This document shows positions 36,683 through 46,992 of a stretch of DNA of 64,000 nt, one piece after another; the first letter of the stretch is position 1, and every line of letters begins with the position of its first letter. Source of the stretch: Promethearchaeota archaeon (GTDB lineage Archaea; Asgardarchaeota; Lokiarchaeia; Sigyniarchaeales; SOKP01); NCBI GenBank assembly GCA_029838195.1, contig JALGVJ010000009.1, positions 29,126 through 93,125 of the forward strand. Reading direction: 5' to 3'. A program made the position numbers and the translations under genes. The notes beneath the pieces were generated by a model, which did not search any database, was not told the DNA's origin, and saw only the letters and a list, made by a program, of their open reading frames with translations.

Positions 36683-39580
36683 ATGGAAAGAAAAAATTTA
36701 GATGCTCATTCTTTAACTATTGAAACCCTAAGCGACATTTTAAACACCTCAATCCAAAATGGTCTTAGTGAGGAAGAAGCTAAAGTTCGGCTGGAAAAAT
36801 ACGGCTCAAATGAGCTAAAGCAAGTGAAGAAAATTTCGGCCCTCGAAATTTTTATTTCTCAATTCAAGGATTTTTTAATATATTTATTATTTGGAGCAAT
36901 AATATTTTCGTTATTTGTAGGATTTTTCGAACTAATAGAAGGAAATACTCCTACTGAATTTCTGGATGCAATTGTCATATCCATTATTTTAGTAAGTAAC
37001 GCAATTTTGGGATTTTATCAAGAATACAAAGCAGAGAAATCTCTTGAAAGTCTAAAGAAAATGGCGCCTCGTAATGCTACCGTAAAGCGAAATGGAAAAG
37101 TAAGAGAAATTGATGTGGAAAATGTTATACCCGGAGATTTAATAATTTTAAAAGAAGGAGATAAAGTTCCCGCAGACGCAAGGCTGGTTAAAGCCTTTTC
37201 ATTATATGTGGATGAGTCAATATTGACAGGAGAGTCCCAGCCCATCCTCAAAAAGACTGAAGTTTTAAAAAGAGAAACTCCTTTAGCCGATAGAAAGAAT
37301 ATGGTGTATAGCAATACCATTATAACTCGCGGAAATGGTATGGCTTTGATCATTAATACCGGTATGTCTACAGAAATAGGTAAAATTGCCGAAAAGATTC
37401 AAGAACAAGAACCGGAACTTAGTCCTTTTCAGCAAGAAATTAATCGCTTCGGAAAGACCTTAGGTAAAATAGTCATCTTGGTCTGTGTTACATTGTTCTC
37501 CATTGAATTAATTCTCATTTTGATGTTTGCGGGAAACATGCCATCCGGAGCAATAATTGAAGAAATCCTCAAGGCAATTACAATAACCATCACTCTGGCC
37601 GTTTCTGCTGTGCCTGAAGGCTTAGTCGTTGTTATAACGGTTGTAATGAGCATTGGCATGCGAAAAATGGCCGAAAGGAATGCTTTAGTGAAGAGACTCA
37701 CCGCAGTAGAGACATTAGGAAGGATAAATATCATTTGTTCGGATAAAACGGGCACCTTAACTCGAAATGAAATGACCGTGGTAAAAATTTATGAGGGGGG
37801 GAATACATTTGCTGTAGATGGAGTGGGATATAAACTCGAAGGCACCATACTAAATCCCTCTGGAGAGCCAATGAAAATTATTGAAAATCCTTATTTAGAA
37901 AAATTTCTTCAAGTAGCCTTGTATTGTAATAATTCAAATGTCAATATTAAAGAAGATGGTGTTAATTTAGAGGTCGTGGGCGATCCTACAGAAATTTGCC
38001 TAAAGGTGCTCGCTTTAAAAATGGGACTTGCTCCTAATGCGGAAAAATTAGATGAAATACCTTTCAATTCGGATAGAAAGATGATGTCTGTTGCCGTTCG
38101 AATTGACGGGAAACTTTATTCCTTTATTAAAGGAGCACCGGATGTTCTATTGAAGAAAGCAGCTAAAGGAATATTAAATGGTAAGGAATACCCGATTGAT
38201 GAGGTTAAAGACCTCATTATGGAAAAAAATAATCAATTTGGGAATGAAGCTTTAAGAGTACTTGGACTAGCTTATAAACCATTAAATGAAAATTATAGTA
38301 AGGAAGATTTAGAGAAAGATTATATTTATCTGGGATTAGCGGGCATTATCGATCCTCCTCGCCTTGAAGTTAAGGATTCTATCAAAAAAGCCAAAAATGG
38401 AGGAATCAGAACCATGATGATCACAGGAGATCATAAAGTTACGGCAATCGCCGTCGGTAAAGAAATTGGTTTGACTGAAAATGATGAGGCTATTACCGGT
38501 GTTGAATTAGAAGAAATGGACGATGCCCAATTGGCCCAAAAAATTAAAAATACGAATATATTTGCCCGCGTGACGTCTGAGCAAAAACTCCGCATTCTTA
38601 ATATACTTAAATCTCAAAACAATGTTGTTTGCATGACGGGAGATGGAGTTAATGACGCCCCTGCAGTTAAAGCAGCGAATGTGGGCGTTGCCATGGGAAT
38701 TAATGGAACTGAGGTTACCCAAGAAGCCGCGGACATGATCCTACTTGATGATAATTATGCTACCATCGTGAATGCAATTGAAGAAGGACGAGGTATTTTT
38801 AATAATACGAAAAATTTCTTCCGATACATGTTAAGTGTAAATTTTGCAGAGATATTTTTAATTCTAACCGCCTGGATTTTAATGAGTTTTACGCGTGGTA
38901 TCTTTTTTGCCATACCTTTAGAGCCTATTCAAATTCTCTGGCTTAATATCGCCACGGATGGTATTCCGGCAATGGTTTTAGGTTTTACACCTACAGATCC
39001 GGACGTAATGAAGTTCAAGCCCCGTAAAGGGTTTAATATGATTTCTGATATTAAAAATGCCATTATTTTTGCCTCGGTGCTTAACTCAATCATAGACATC
39101 ATTTTGTATGTTTCATGTTGGACCATATTGATACCTTCTTGGAGTATAATAGATTCGCGATTCGTGTACGGAACAGAGATTAATGGAATCATTTATACGG
39201 GAATGGAATATAAAATCGCTGTCGCACAGACCATCTTATTTACCAGTGTCGTATTCTTCGAATTATTTTTCGTCTTTTCGTGTATTTCTGAATATAAACC
39301 CTTGTGGTTATTCCGAAATAAGCATCTCTTTTGGGCCACGGGCATATCTTTTGTTTTACATCTTATGCTCCTATTCACACCATTAGCGTACATATTTAAT
39401 GCGGTGCCGTTAGACCGATGGTATTATTGGCTCGTAGTATTTAGCGCTGCCCTTATCTTACCTGCTGAAGAACTGAGAAAATATTTTGTACGCCGTAAGC
39501 TGAAGAAGAAAGAAATCATTGATTTTCAAGATAATAATCGTTTCTCCAAGCTAAAACCAAAATCCAAAGAAATGAACTAA
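36683..39580 (+). CDS. P2-type (SERCA/PMCA-like) cation-transporting ATPase, probably Ca2+
   Basis: 965 aa with TGES, PEGL, the phosphorylation site CSDKTGTLT, MITGDH and TGDGVNDAPA. Confidence 0.9.
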   Translation: MERKNLDAHSLTIETLSDILNTSIQNGLSEEEAKVRLEKYGSNELKQVKKISALEIFISQFKDFLIYLLFGAIIFSLFVGFFELIEGNTPTEFLDAIVISIILVSNAILGFYQEYKAEKSLESLKKMAPRNATVKRNGKVREIDVENVIPGDLIILKEGDKVPADARLVKAFSLYVDESILTGESQPILKKTEVLKRETPLADRKNMVYSNTIITRGNGMALIINTGMSTEIGKIAEKIQEQEPELSPFQQEINRFGKTLGKIVILVCVTLFSIELILILMFAGNMPSGAIIEEILKAITITITLAVSAVPEGLVVVITVVMSIGMRKMAERNALVKRLTAVETLGRINIICSDKTGTLTRNEMTVVKIYEGGNTFAVDGVGYKLEGTILNPSGEPMKIIENPYLEKFLQVALYCNNSNVNIKEDGVNLEVVGDPTEICLKVLALKMGLAPNAEKLDEIPFNSDRKMMSVAVRIDGKLYSFIKGAPDVLLKKAAKGILNGKEYPIDEVKDLIMEKNNQFGNEALRVLGLAYKPLNENYSKEDLEKDYIYLGLAGIIDPPRLEVKDSIKKAKNGGIRTMMITGDHKVTAIAVGKEIGLTENDEAITGVELEEMDDAQLAQKIKNTNIFARVTSEQKLRILNILKSQNNVVCMTGDGVNDAPAVKAANVGVAMGINGTEVTQEAADMILLDDNYATIVNAIEEGRGIFNNTKNFFRYMLSVNFAEIFLILTAWILMSFTRGIFFAIPLEPIQILWLNIATDGIPAMVLGFTPTDPDVMKFKPRKGFNMISDIKNAIIFASVLNSIIDIILYVSCWTILIPSWSIIDSRFVYGTEINGIIYTGMEYKIAVAQTILFTSVVFFELFFVFSCISEYKPLWLFRNKHLFWATGISFVLHLMLLFTPLAYIFNAVPLDRWYYWLVVFSAALILPAEELRKYFVRRKLKKKEIIDFQDNNRFSKLKPKSKEMN

Positions 39581-39929
39581 AACATCATAATTTTTTTAAA
39601 AATTAAATTTATACTCTTTATTCTCGAATTAGACGGGTTTCACCATTAATTTTTTCTTCTTTTTAATCCTATTAATTTTATTTTTAAGGAAATAGCTTCA
39701 TTCTAAAAATTGAATGTTCAGGGAAATAAAAGTCAGAGAGATTTGAATCAGGAGAAATGTAAACGATAGAACTCCCTGCAAGTGAGCAAACATGTAAATC
39801 TAAGTAAGAAAGAACCATGTTTAAATGAAAAAGTCCTTGCTAAATGAACTAAATAATAATGAAAATCATGTAGCTAATAAAAAAGAAATAGATAAAATAA
39901 AAAAAATATAAATGATAATTTTTAAATCT

Positions 39930-41156
39930 TCATTTATTGGTAATAGGTTTAATTAAAAGGGCAAGGACCGCGGCGATTATCGATAGCGTGCCTAAGAAGA
40001 TATATAACGTGAAGTACCCTCCAAAGGCCAGAACGATTTGATTTACAGCAACCGCTCCGATGAAACCGGCCACGCCATAGGCAGTGAACATGGCGCCATA
40101 ATTTGAGCCAAGATTTTTCGTGCCGAACATGTCGCTGGTAGCCGTGGGGAAAAGAGAAAGATTTCCTCCGAAGCAAAACATGATGAGTCCCGTGAACAGG
40201 AAGTAAAAAGGGATGCTCATGTTAGTCATAAAATAAAAATAAAATAAGAATGCTTGGAGAATCATCATAATGATGAGTGCTTTTTTGAAGTTTAAGAGAT
40301 CAGCTAATTTTCCCCAGGAGATTCTCCCGAGTCCATTAAATAGTGCTCCAATGCTTCCCGTTAATACGATTAAATCTGCGCTATTTATGAGATAATTAGG
40401 ATCCGATTTTGCGAAGGAGCCGTATGTCCCGATAAGCATCAAGCCACACATGGCGGAAAGAAAATAGGAGCCCCACATTAACCAGAATTGCATTTTTTTT
40501 ACTATTTCTCTCCTTTCAAAATCCCTTGAAGAAATTAAGCTTCCTTCTTTAGGAGCAGGAGGCATCCAACCAGAAGGCATGTAGCCTTCGGGAGGGTCGA
40601 GCATGAAAGCCGAGCCAATGATGAGGAATGCAAAATAGAACATTGCAAGCAAGATGAACATGAGCGGAATGCCAAGAGGCGCAAAAAACTTGATCAAGTA
40701 ATTAAAGATGAAGGAGCCAGCACCAAATCCGGCCACGGCGACACCGGTAATCATCCCTTTTTTATCCGGAAACCAGAGATTGGCAATAGCTATCGGAACA
40801 ACATAAGCCAATCCAATCCCGAGTCCAAACATTAAACCATAAGTGAGTAGCAATCCGATGAGCGTGGTCATGGTCGCGGAAAGGAATACACCTGTTGCAA
40901 TGACGATAGCTCCAATGAGAACGGTTTTTTGCGGTCCCACTTTCTTAACAAGCGCTCCCGCTTGAATCATGGTCACGGCAAAAGCAATTAATCCAATCCC
41001 GAAGATATAAATAGTTTCAGCAGGATCCCTTCCTAAATAAGGACTCACGAACACGGTAAGCGTGCCCCAACTGTAGATTGACCCAAGAGCTAATTGAATG
41101 AGTATGGCGCCTATTACTACGTACCACCGATTTTTTTCTAATAATTCTTTAAACAT
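39930..41156 (-). CDS. MFS transporter, oxalate/formate antiporter (OFA)-like
   Basis: 408 aa with 12 TM segments. The N-terminus RWYVVIGAILIQLALGSIYSWG is typical of the OFA family. Confidence 0.7.
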   Translation of the reverse strand: MFKELLEKNRWYVVIGAILIQLALGSIYSWGTLTVFVSPYLGRDPAETIYIFGIGLIAFAVTMIQAGALVKKVGPQKTVLIGAIVIATGVFLSATMTTLIGLLLTYGLMFGLGIGLAYVVPIAIANLWFPDKKGMITGVAVAGFGAGSFIFNYLIKFFAPLGIPLMFILLAMFYFAFLIIGSAFMLDPPEGYMPSGWMPPAPKEGSLISSRDFERREIVKKMQFWLMWGSYFLSAMCGLMLIGTYGSFAKSDPNYLINSADLIVLTGSIGALFNGLGRISWGKLADLLNFKKALIIMMILQAFLFYFYFMTNMSIPFYFLFTGLIMFCFGGNLSLFPTATSDMFGTKNLGSNYGAMFTAYGVAGFIGAVAVNQIVLAFGGYFTLYIFLGTLSIIAAVLALLIKPITNK

Positions 41157-41729
41157 GGTTCCTAACCTCGATTTTTTTTATTTTAATAGTAGATACCATT
41201 GAAAAAAGATGATTTGATTTATTGAGAGGAAATTTTTGTTTTTTAAAAATATTTCAATTTTAAACCATTAACTTTTAATAGAATCACTGAAAAGCATGTA
41301 CGGCTCGGTAATGGTGTTTTTTTAAAAAACATTTTTACATTAATAATATATTCATGGTGATTTATTCCGTTTTCATATAGAACTTGCTGATCGGCGTAAT
41401 AAATCAAAATTTCATGGTTTTTTGATGAAATTGTGAATTTTATTTAAAACGCGTGGAGTGGATCGTAGAATTATAAGGAGTATAGATATTTCTTTTTCCG
41501 ATATTCGATTTTTTATAGAGAGAACAAGAGATGACAAAGTGTATATAAGTGTTTATGGATGAAAAATAGCTTGTCATTAAAGGGTCAAGTTTCCTTACTT
41601 CTAAATGGAGAAGGAATGAAGTTTAAACTATTAATAAAAGTTTTCCCAGATTAAAAAGATTTATTTGTAAAATTTATTTATTTTCCGTAGTCATGTTATT
41701 ATAAATTATAGAGAGATTAGGTATATGAA

Positions 41730-43376
41730 ATGAGTATATTAATTAAAAATGGAACCGTCGTAGACGGAACAGGGACCACAGCTTTTAAAGCGGATATTCT
41801 AATAGAAGGAGATAAAATTCAAAAAATAGGAGAAAATCTTTCGAAAGAAGGAGCAAGAATAATTAATGCTAAGCATAGAATTGTGTGCCCTGGTTTCATT
41901 GACATGCATAATCACAGCGATCTTACGCTGTTTCAATCGCTAAACGTGGAGCCTTATATACTGCAGGGGTGTACAACTCTTGCAGTTGGGATGTGTGGCT
42001 TGGGAATCAGTCCGGCTAACGAAAAAGTGAAAGAACAATATTTTAATTTCCTCAATAAAGCATTCATTTCCACCGAACAAATTTTTGAAACGCTTCAAGA
42101 TTATTTTGATGCCATTGAGAAAAACGGAGGAGTCTCCATTAATTTAGCATTTTTTATTCCTCAAGGAAACGTGAGGGCTTACGTCATGGGATCTGAGGAG
42201 CGCCCGGCATCATCGACAGAATTAGAAGCCATGAGAGAAATTGTGAGGGAAAACATGAAAGCAGGAGCGTTTGGATTATCATCAGGGTTGGTTTATCCCC
42301 CGGGATCAATCACTTCCACTGAAGAGCTCATTGAGTTATCGAAAGTAGTGAGTGAATTTGATGGACTTTATGATTCTCACATGAGAAATGAAGGCTCGGG
42401 CGTCATAGATATTGGAATGAGTGAATTAGTACGAATCGCTCGGGAAGCTAACGTTAGGGCGCATATTTCGCATTGGAGCGTTATAAGCAAGCATGCATTG
42501 GACATGACGCCGAAAGTGATTGATTATATTAGAAAAGCCCGTGAAGAAGGTCTTCAAATCACGGCAGACGTTACGGTTTATGATGATGGGTCAACCAGTC
42601 TTTCATTCATTCTTTTACCAACTTGGGTCTTTCAAGATTTCGAAAAAAATTTGACTGATCCCGCCATGAGGAGGAAAATCATAAACGAAGTGTTTCAAAA
42701 GCTTTATTCCATGTTTTTAGCGGATGCTCCCCTTTATATAAAATTGATTCCAAAAAGCATCTTAAAGAAGATGATCTTTAAAGGCTTGGCGAAGAGTACG
42801 GGTATCATTAGTACAACTCATAATAGGGAAGTCGAAGGAAAGTCGATCTATGATGCCTTGCGCGAATTGTATCCCGATAAAAAAATCGAAGATGCCTTGT
42901 TAGATTTTATTAAAGCAGAAGAGGGGGGCATTATGATTCGCGTGAAACATAAAGACGAGTTGAAAAGCGTCATACCCATTTTTAAGCAAGAATTTGTTTG
43001 CCCCAGTTCTGATGGATTTTTAGAAATGGAAAAAAACACCCATCCCCGTTCCTATGGAGCTTTTGCTCGCGTCCTTCAGCGGTGGGTTCGTGAAATGAAG
43101 GTTGTTTCCTTAGACGAAGCTATCAGGAAAATGACCTCACTTCCGGCATCTATTTTAAAATTACCCGATAGAGGGCTCATAAAAGAAGGTTATAAAGCGG
43201 ATATAGTGATATTTGATCCGGAGAGGATTGAAGAGAAAGGAACGATACAAAATGGGCGTCAGCATCCTGAAGGGATTGATTACGTGATCGTAAATGGTGT
43301 CATAACGGCAGAAAAAGGGAAGCATGTGGGCGTTCGAAATGGGGTCATACTAAAAAATTATAATCGAAAAAAATAA
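41730..43376 (+). CDS. N-acyl-D-amino-acid deacylase (D-aminoacylase, amidohydrolase-3 family)
   Basis: It has ILIKNGTVVDGTG...DILIEGDKI...PGFIDMHNHSD and a C-terminal GYKADIVIFDP. Confidence 0.8.
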   Translation: MSILIKNGTVVDGTGTTAFKADILIEGDKIQKIGENLSKEGARIINAKHRIVCPGFIDMHNHSDLTLFQSLNVEPYILQGCTTLAVGMCGLGISPANEKVKEQYFNFLNKAFISTEQIFETLQDYFDAIEKNGGVSINLAFFIPQGNVRAYVMGSEERPASSTELEAMREIVRENMKAGAFGLSSGLVYPPGSITSTEELIELSKVVSEFDGLYDSHMRNEGSGVIDIGMSELVRIAREANVRAHISHWSVISKHALDMTPKVIDYIRKAREEGLQITADVTVYDDGSTSLSFILLPTWVFQDFEKNLTDPAMRRKIINEVFQKLYSMFLADAPLYIKLIPKSILKKMIFKGLAKSTGIISTTHNREVEGKSIYDALRELYPDKKIEDALLDFIKAEEGGIMIRVKHKDELKSVIPIFKQEFVCPSSDGFLEMEKNTHPRSYGAFARVLQRWVREMKVVSLDEAIRKMTSLPASILKLPDRGLIKEGYKADIVIFDPERIEEKGTIQNGRQHPEGIDYVIVNGVITAEKGKHVGVRNGVILKNYNRKK

Positions 43377-43489
43377 TTGTTTCTTTTCTTTTTTGTTATT
43401 TGAGCTTCTTTTTGAAAAGCGAGCTCAGAGAATATATTATTTTTATTCGTGCAATTAGATGTTTAAAAACAAGTTTTTAATTTTTTATC

Positions 43490-44860
43490 ATGGAAAAAAT
43501 AACTCGTGAAGAATTAATTCGAAGATCGAAAATTCCGGGCGTGAATGCTTTAAAAATGCATCTTTTTTATCAAGGAAAGATGCAAGTCATGCCAAAATGC
43601 CAGATTAGGTCGTTTGAGGATTTTGGTATTTGGTATTCTCCCGGAGTAGCAGCGCCCTGTCGAGAAATCCATAAAAATAAAGAAAAAGTTTATGATTTTA
43701 CGAGCAAGTGGAATCATGTAGCGGTGGTAAGCGATGGATCAAGGGTGTTGGGGCTCGGAAACATTGGTCCAGAAGCATCACTTCCGGTCATGGAGGGAAA
43801 GGCGCTATTATTTAAATATTTAGGAGGAGTGGATGCTTTTCCATTGAGTATTGGATATGGGGATTGTTGTACGGCGGAGCAAATAATCGATTTTGTTAAA
43901 ATGATTCAACCTACCTTTGGTGGCGTGAATTTAGAGGACATTAGCTCTCCTAAATGTTTTAAGGTATTGGATACATTACGGAGCGATCCGGAACTAAATA
44001 TTCCCGTCTGGCATGATGATCAACAGGGAACGGCATGCGTTACATTAGCAGCCCTCATCAATTCATTGAAGATTGTCGGTAAGAAAAAAAAAGAAATAAA
44101 AATAGTATTCAATGGTGTGGGAGCATCTAATTTTGCAATTGCGCGTTTATTAAAAGAAGATGGGTTTGATCTTAAAAAGGCATTATTCGTTGACTCCAAG
44201 GGAATATTATATAAAGGGCGGTCTGATTTAACAAATCTCGAGAATTACAAACACGGAATTGCGAAAGTGAGTAATCCGGAGGAAATTAGGGGAGATTGTG
44301 GGGTAGCGTTGGAAGGAGCAGATGTCTTGATCTCTTTAAGCGTGCCGGGACCAGGAGTCATCAAAAAAGAATGGATTTCGCATATGGCAGAGGATCCAAT
44401 CGTTTTTGCGTGTGCTAATCCGGTGCCTGAAATATTCCCTTGGGATGCTAAGGAAGCGGGAGCGAGAATCGTAGCAACGGGACGTTCTGATTTCCCTAAT
44501 CAAGTGAATAATTCCTTGGGATTTCCCGGTATTTTCAGGGGCACATTGGATGTTCGAGCTAAAACGATAACTGATGAGATGTGTATTGCTGCAGCGCATG
44601 CATTAGCAAATATTGTTTCAGAAATTCCAGAATGCCTTACGGAAGATTGTATCATTCCTACGATGGAATATGAAGATTTGTTCGTGAAAGAAGCCGTTGC
44701 AGTAGGATTAACCGCCATTAGGCAGGGAATTGCCCGCTTGAAATTTTCTGAAGAAGAATTAAAAAAAAAAGCCCGAACCATAATTGATTTAGCGCAAGGT
44801 CAATATAAAGCTCTATTGAAAGCAGGGTTCATTCCCGAATTTACAGATTACGTATCATGA
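43490..44860 (+). CDS. NAD(P)-dependent malic enzyme (short form)
   Basis: It has YSPGVAAPC, VVSDGSRVLGLGNIGPEASLPVMEGKALLFK and FNGVGASN. Confidence 0.9.
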   Translation: MEKITREELIRRSKIPGVNALKMHLFYQGKMQVMPKCQIRSFEDFGIWYSPGVAAPCREIHKNKEKVYDFTSKWNHVAVVSDGSRVLGLGNIGPEASLPVMEGKALLFKYLGGVDAFPLSIGYGDCCTAEQIIDFVKMIQPTFGGVNLEDISSPKCFKVLDTLRSDPELNIPVWHDDQQGTACVTLAALINSLKIVGKKKKEIKIVFNGVGASNFAIARLLKEDGFDLKKALFVDSKGILYKGRSDLTNLENYKHGIAKVSNPEEIRGDCGVALEGADVLISLSVPGPGVIKKEWISHMAEDPIVFACANPVPEIFPWDAKEAGARIVATGRSDFPNQVNNSLGFPGIFRGTLDVRAKTITDEMCIAAAHALANIVSEIPECLTEDCIIPTMEYEDLFVKEAVAVGLTAIRQGIARLKFSEEELKKKARTIIDLAQGQYKALLKAGFIPEFTDYVS

Positions 44861-45034
44861 CTAAAAGATTTCTTTTTGAGATGGCAAATTTCATTTTAGA
44901 TTTCTCCTTTTTTTTACTTCTACATGATATTCTCGAGAATGAAATTCCCATTACTCTCCCTTAATGTATTAAAATTAGGTTTAATTTATTTTTCTTGTAA
45001 TTGAGAATTTGGTTTAGAGAGGAACGGATTTTTT

Positions 45035-46774
45035 ATGAATTTTAAAAGGCTCGTGTTAAGCGGAATTTTTTTAGCCATATTTATCATGGGTGCTTGTTTA
45101 TTATGTACTACTCCGATTTCAGTGAAAATATATTCAAACGTGAAGATTCAAAAAGAAAATGGGGATTTTATCTATATAAATATAATTTCTCCTCAAGAAA
45201 CCTTGTTTCAACAAGAAAATGGTTATGAGAAAAAAAACGTGATTTTTTTACTTCATGATGGATGGCAAAATAAAGAAACCATGAAAGCTTTAGGAATTGA
45301 GCTCGCTACTGCGGGCTTCCTAATCGTGAGTCTTGATTTTAGAGGGTTAGGGAGAAGTTCTCTCACAAATAACATTTCAGAATGGAAAAATGATATCGCA
45401 ACCGTCAAGGCGTATCTTCTTGAAGCAAGAAATGAAATCAATAGAGAAGCCTTTGGTCTAATAGGACATGGTCTTGGAGGAATAATGGGATATTCTTACC
45501 TTAAAAATGATTTAGATATCAAGGCTTACGTGGGAATAGGTACGGGACTTTCCTATTTCTCCGATGATATCATTAAAGTGAAGTCGAGATTTTTAAATCT
45601 CCTCATCATTCATCCAAAACACGATCAAACTGTTCATTTAATAGACATAAAATCGGGTATGGCAGCACGTTTAAATGTTCAAAATCCTGATGTTGATGTG
45701 AATAAGCTTTATGGTGATTTCCAAGAAGGTACGGCATCAATGATTTATTTAGATGATAATAGTAATCATTTAACAGCAATATGGGATTCAAATATTTTAA
45801 GAATGGCTCGTTTTTGGATGGTTAACTCCTTTCCTCATGTTAATGCCGTGGATGAGAACTTTCATGCTAATTTTCGAGCATTAATTTTAATCATTCAATT
45901 AATAGGGGGTTTGGGATTTTATTTTTCAATTTTTAGTCCTATTTCGAAACTCTTTTTAGGAACAAACAATTCGAGAAAAATAAGGATAAATATTCATCCA
46001 TTAACTTTTCGAGGCATTCCCATAAGGCTCATTACATATCCCGTTGTTTTTAGTTTCCCTGTTATTGTCTTGTTTTCTCCCATCATGTTTTTCATACCCT
46101 TGCCCGTTACAGGGTTTATCTTAACTCTATTCCTCGGACAAGCAACTGGTTTTTTGATACTATCTTGGAGGATAGGAAAAAGAACTAAGATGAGAGTTAG
46201 AGATTTTATTGAATTGCCTTTTAGAGAAAAAAAAAGCCGGATCTTTATCAAAATTGCTTTAGGAATTATTCTTTTTGCTATTTTATTTGGAATCTTATAC
46301 TTATCCATCGGAATGAATTATTTAGGAATTGTCCCACCATTTTTAAAGATTCCCTTTATTGCCGTTCATGGACTCATTGGAGCGTTCATTTTATTAGTGG
46401 AAGACATGATTTTTCGATTAATAATTCACTCACGATACCCCTTTATCCGGAAAAACTTGATTAAAATGGCGCTGGTGTCTTTTGGATACCAATCCTTCTA
46501 TTATTTCACGTATATTTTGAGTTTTTGCATCCATTTGGGTAATTATCATTATTTTGGAATATACATGCCAATTGGTCTTCCCGTTCTTTTATTAATTTCG
46601 TTCATTTCTTCAATTTCTTATCAAAAAACGGGTAATGTTTTGACCGGCATGACAATCAACACTTTATTCATCATTCCTTTTCTCTGCACGCTCTCATTTC
46701 CTCAAAATGGTTTCACGTTCGTTTTCGATTACGTGCATCGAGTTATTGCTAATTATCTTGCTATGTATCCCTAA
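45035..46774 (+). CDS. Membrane protein: N-terminal alpha/beta-hydrolase domain fused to a CPBP (CAAX/Abi-like) intramembrane protease-like domain
   Basis: It has LHDGWQNKE...SLDFRGLGRS and the GHGLGG nucleophile elbow. The C-terminal multi-TM part has VEDMIFR (EExxxR-like) and later H-containing helices. Confidence 0.4.
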   Translation: MNFKRLVLSGIFLAIFIMGACLLCTTPISVKIYSNVKIQKENGDFIYINIISPQETLFQQENGYEKKNVIFLLHDGWQNKETMKALGIELATAGFLIVSLDFRGLGRSSLTNNISEWKNDIATVKAYLLEARNEINREAFGLIGHGLGGIMGYSYLKNDLDIKAYVGIGTGLSYFSDDIIKVKSRFLNLLIIHPKHDQTVHLIDIKSGMAARLNVQNPDVDVNKLYGDFQEGTASMIYLDDNSNHLTAIWDSNILRMARFWMVNSFPHVNAVDENFHANFRALILIIQLIGGLGFYFSIFSPISKLFLGTNNSRKIRINIHPLTFRGIPIRLITYPVVFSFPVIVLFSPIMFFIPLPVTGFILTLFLGQATGFLILSWRIGKRTKMRVRDFIELPFREKKSRIFIKIALGIILFAILFGILYLSIGMNYLGIVPPFLKIPFIAVHGLIGAFILLVEDMIFRLIIHSRYPFIRKNLIKMALVSFGYQSFYYFTYILSFCIHLGNYHYFGIYMPIGLPVLLLISFISSISYQKTGNVLTGMTINTLFIIPFLCTLSFPQNGFTFVFDYVHRVIANYLAMYP

Positions 46775-46992
46775 ACCTTATCCGATTTTAAAATAAGTCA
46801 ATAGCAAGATAAATGAATAATTAAATGAATTTTAAATAGTTTCTCATTTTCATAATACAATTAGATAAAATTTAATCGCGAAAATACGGCGTGTATTAAT
46901 AATTTTTTTAATCAAGACTTTTTCTGTAATCCGCTTTTAGTTGTTTTTGGATTTTATGGTTCCTTTGGGCGTTAAAAGACTTCAAAAGCAGC

